DNA of 63,990 nt, filler included, from Trypethelium eluteriae (lineage: Eukaryota), in the NCBI GenBank assembly GCA_051942245.1. It is 3 parts of 3 records of this genome, joined end to end, with 100 filler letters (N's around TTAATTAATTAA, not from the genome) between each part and the next. Parts side by side here need not be neighbours in the genome. Positions count along the whole stretch, not along the records: positions 44,215 to 63,990 come from JAVECL010000516.1; 2 more parts are not named here. One strand, 5' to 3'. A model generated the notes under the pieces. The model made no database searches. It saw nothing but the letters and a program-made list of their open reading frames with translations, and was not told the origin of the DNA. Positions 62,885 through 63,990 of this stretch are shown one piece after another; the first letter of the stretch is position 1; the number at the start of each line of letters is the position of its first letter. A program made the position numbers and the translations under genes.

Positions 62885-63990
62885 TTATTTGATGCGATCC
62901 AGCCGCGCCCGGTTGAATGCAATCTGATCGTCCACGGTATCGGTCTGCACAATCCAGTCAGCCTCGTCTTTCCGACCTCAAAGCATTCATAGAACAATTG
63001 ACTCACCTTCCCCGTGATCCGATCAATATGCGTATTCTGCTCATCCACCTCCCTCCCCATCGCCCGGCCCAACTGACCCAGCCTCCCCGCCGCCCCTTGC
63101 AGCAGATCCAAGTTCCCCTCAATCTCATTCTCCATCTCGTCGTCCTCGCTGTCCGCCTCGAACTGGTACTTGCTGCGTTCGGCCAGGTTGCGACTACGGT
63201 TCGCCGCCGCAGCATTCGCGTTGGGGTTCTTACCGTCCAGGTCGCGCTGGTACTCGGCTTGGCGCTGGGTCGAGCGGAAGGCTTCGCGGCGGGTGGCTTC
63301 TCGCTGTTCGCGTTCCGAAAGGTGCTTGTCCATGATGGCTTGGTCGCGCTGTTCGCGGCGTTTGCCAGCGGTGAAGGGGTTGGAGACGTGCATGCTAAGT
63401 AGCTGTCAGTGTGTTTCATCATGTTTGGAGAGAACTTGTGGAGAAGAGATGGACGAATTGCTTGCATCTTGTGGGGGGCACGTGAACAATCTGAGGTGAG
63501 CTTCTAAGGCTGAAGGAGAAATTGCATGGAGATCAAGAATGAACTCACGCAAACATAGATTTATTGAGCGTCTTCAATTCCCTCGCCTTCTCTTCGGCAA
63601 TGCGGTTCTGATCTGCAAACAGGATTAGCATAATCGCTGAATAATTTCAATGAACATATCTTACTCGATGCAAGGTCCAAGTTCTTCTCTGTGTTGTGGA
63701 TTCGTTCACCCTGTTCGCCTAATCTCGAGAGGGTTGAACGACCTGTCTCTTCAGCTTGGGCTGCGATCCTAAGCGCATTTCTCGTAGACGCCACATCCTG
63801 ATTCTTCAGCTGTCGGATCTGCTGCTTCGTGGCTTGGACATCCTCTACGCATATGAGTTAGCTCAGACCCGGCTCCAATCTCCACCCCTATACTGCAACA
63901 AGGGAAACTTACCTTCCTCCTCCTCCTCCGCCGTCAGCTGCCTATCAGCATAAGCTCCATAGCCCTGATTGCTCCCCCCACCATACCCAC
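62885..63990 (-). CDS. SEC9: t-SNARE Sec9 (5' part outside window)
   Basis: STRNALRIAAQAEETGRSTL.RLGEQGE.IHNTEKNLD, KYQFEADSEDDEME.EI..NLD, last exon DDQIAFNRARLDRIK*. Confidence 0.93.

Overview
Intron-containing genomic DNA of a filamentous ascomycete (GT..AG introns with CTRAY branch sites, RIP-type AT-rich repeats). About 24 genes or gene candidates flank a ~12 kb RIP-degraded transposon nest (~19.6-31.55 kb). They include an amino-acid permease end, 2EXR protein, NAAA/ceramidase, GH93, SGNH, alpha/beta hydrolase, divergent alpha-SNAP, GT34, fructosamine kinase, NDUFAF3, BuGZ/ZNF207, NOP14, OST2/DAD1, ARO8, AMS1, GH13_5 amylase, TPP enzyme, CorA-like protein and SEC9. There are two artificial N-TTAATTAATTAA-N gap linkers. 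The main finding is a RIP-mutated minus-strand frame of ~1300 codons (26170->22251), missed by the ORF track. It carries a DUF3505-like Cys/His N-terminus, a tyrosine-recombinase-like motif series and RecQ/SF2 helicase motifs, all in one frame. It is bounded by a 142-bp terminus with telomere repeats and a hairpin, and a second, co-varied copy of that terminus cuts the helicase. This suggests a mobile YR-RecQ element related to telomere-linked helicases. All family calls come from motif recognition by eye; no database searches were run.
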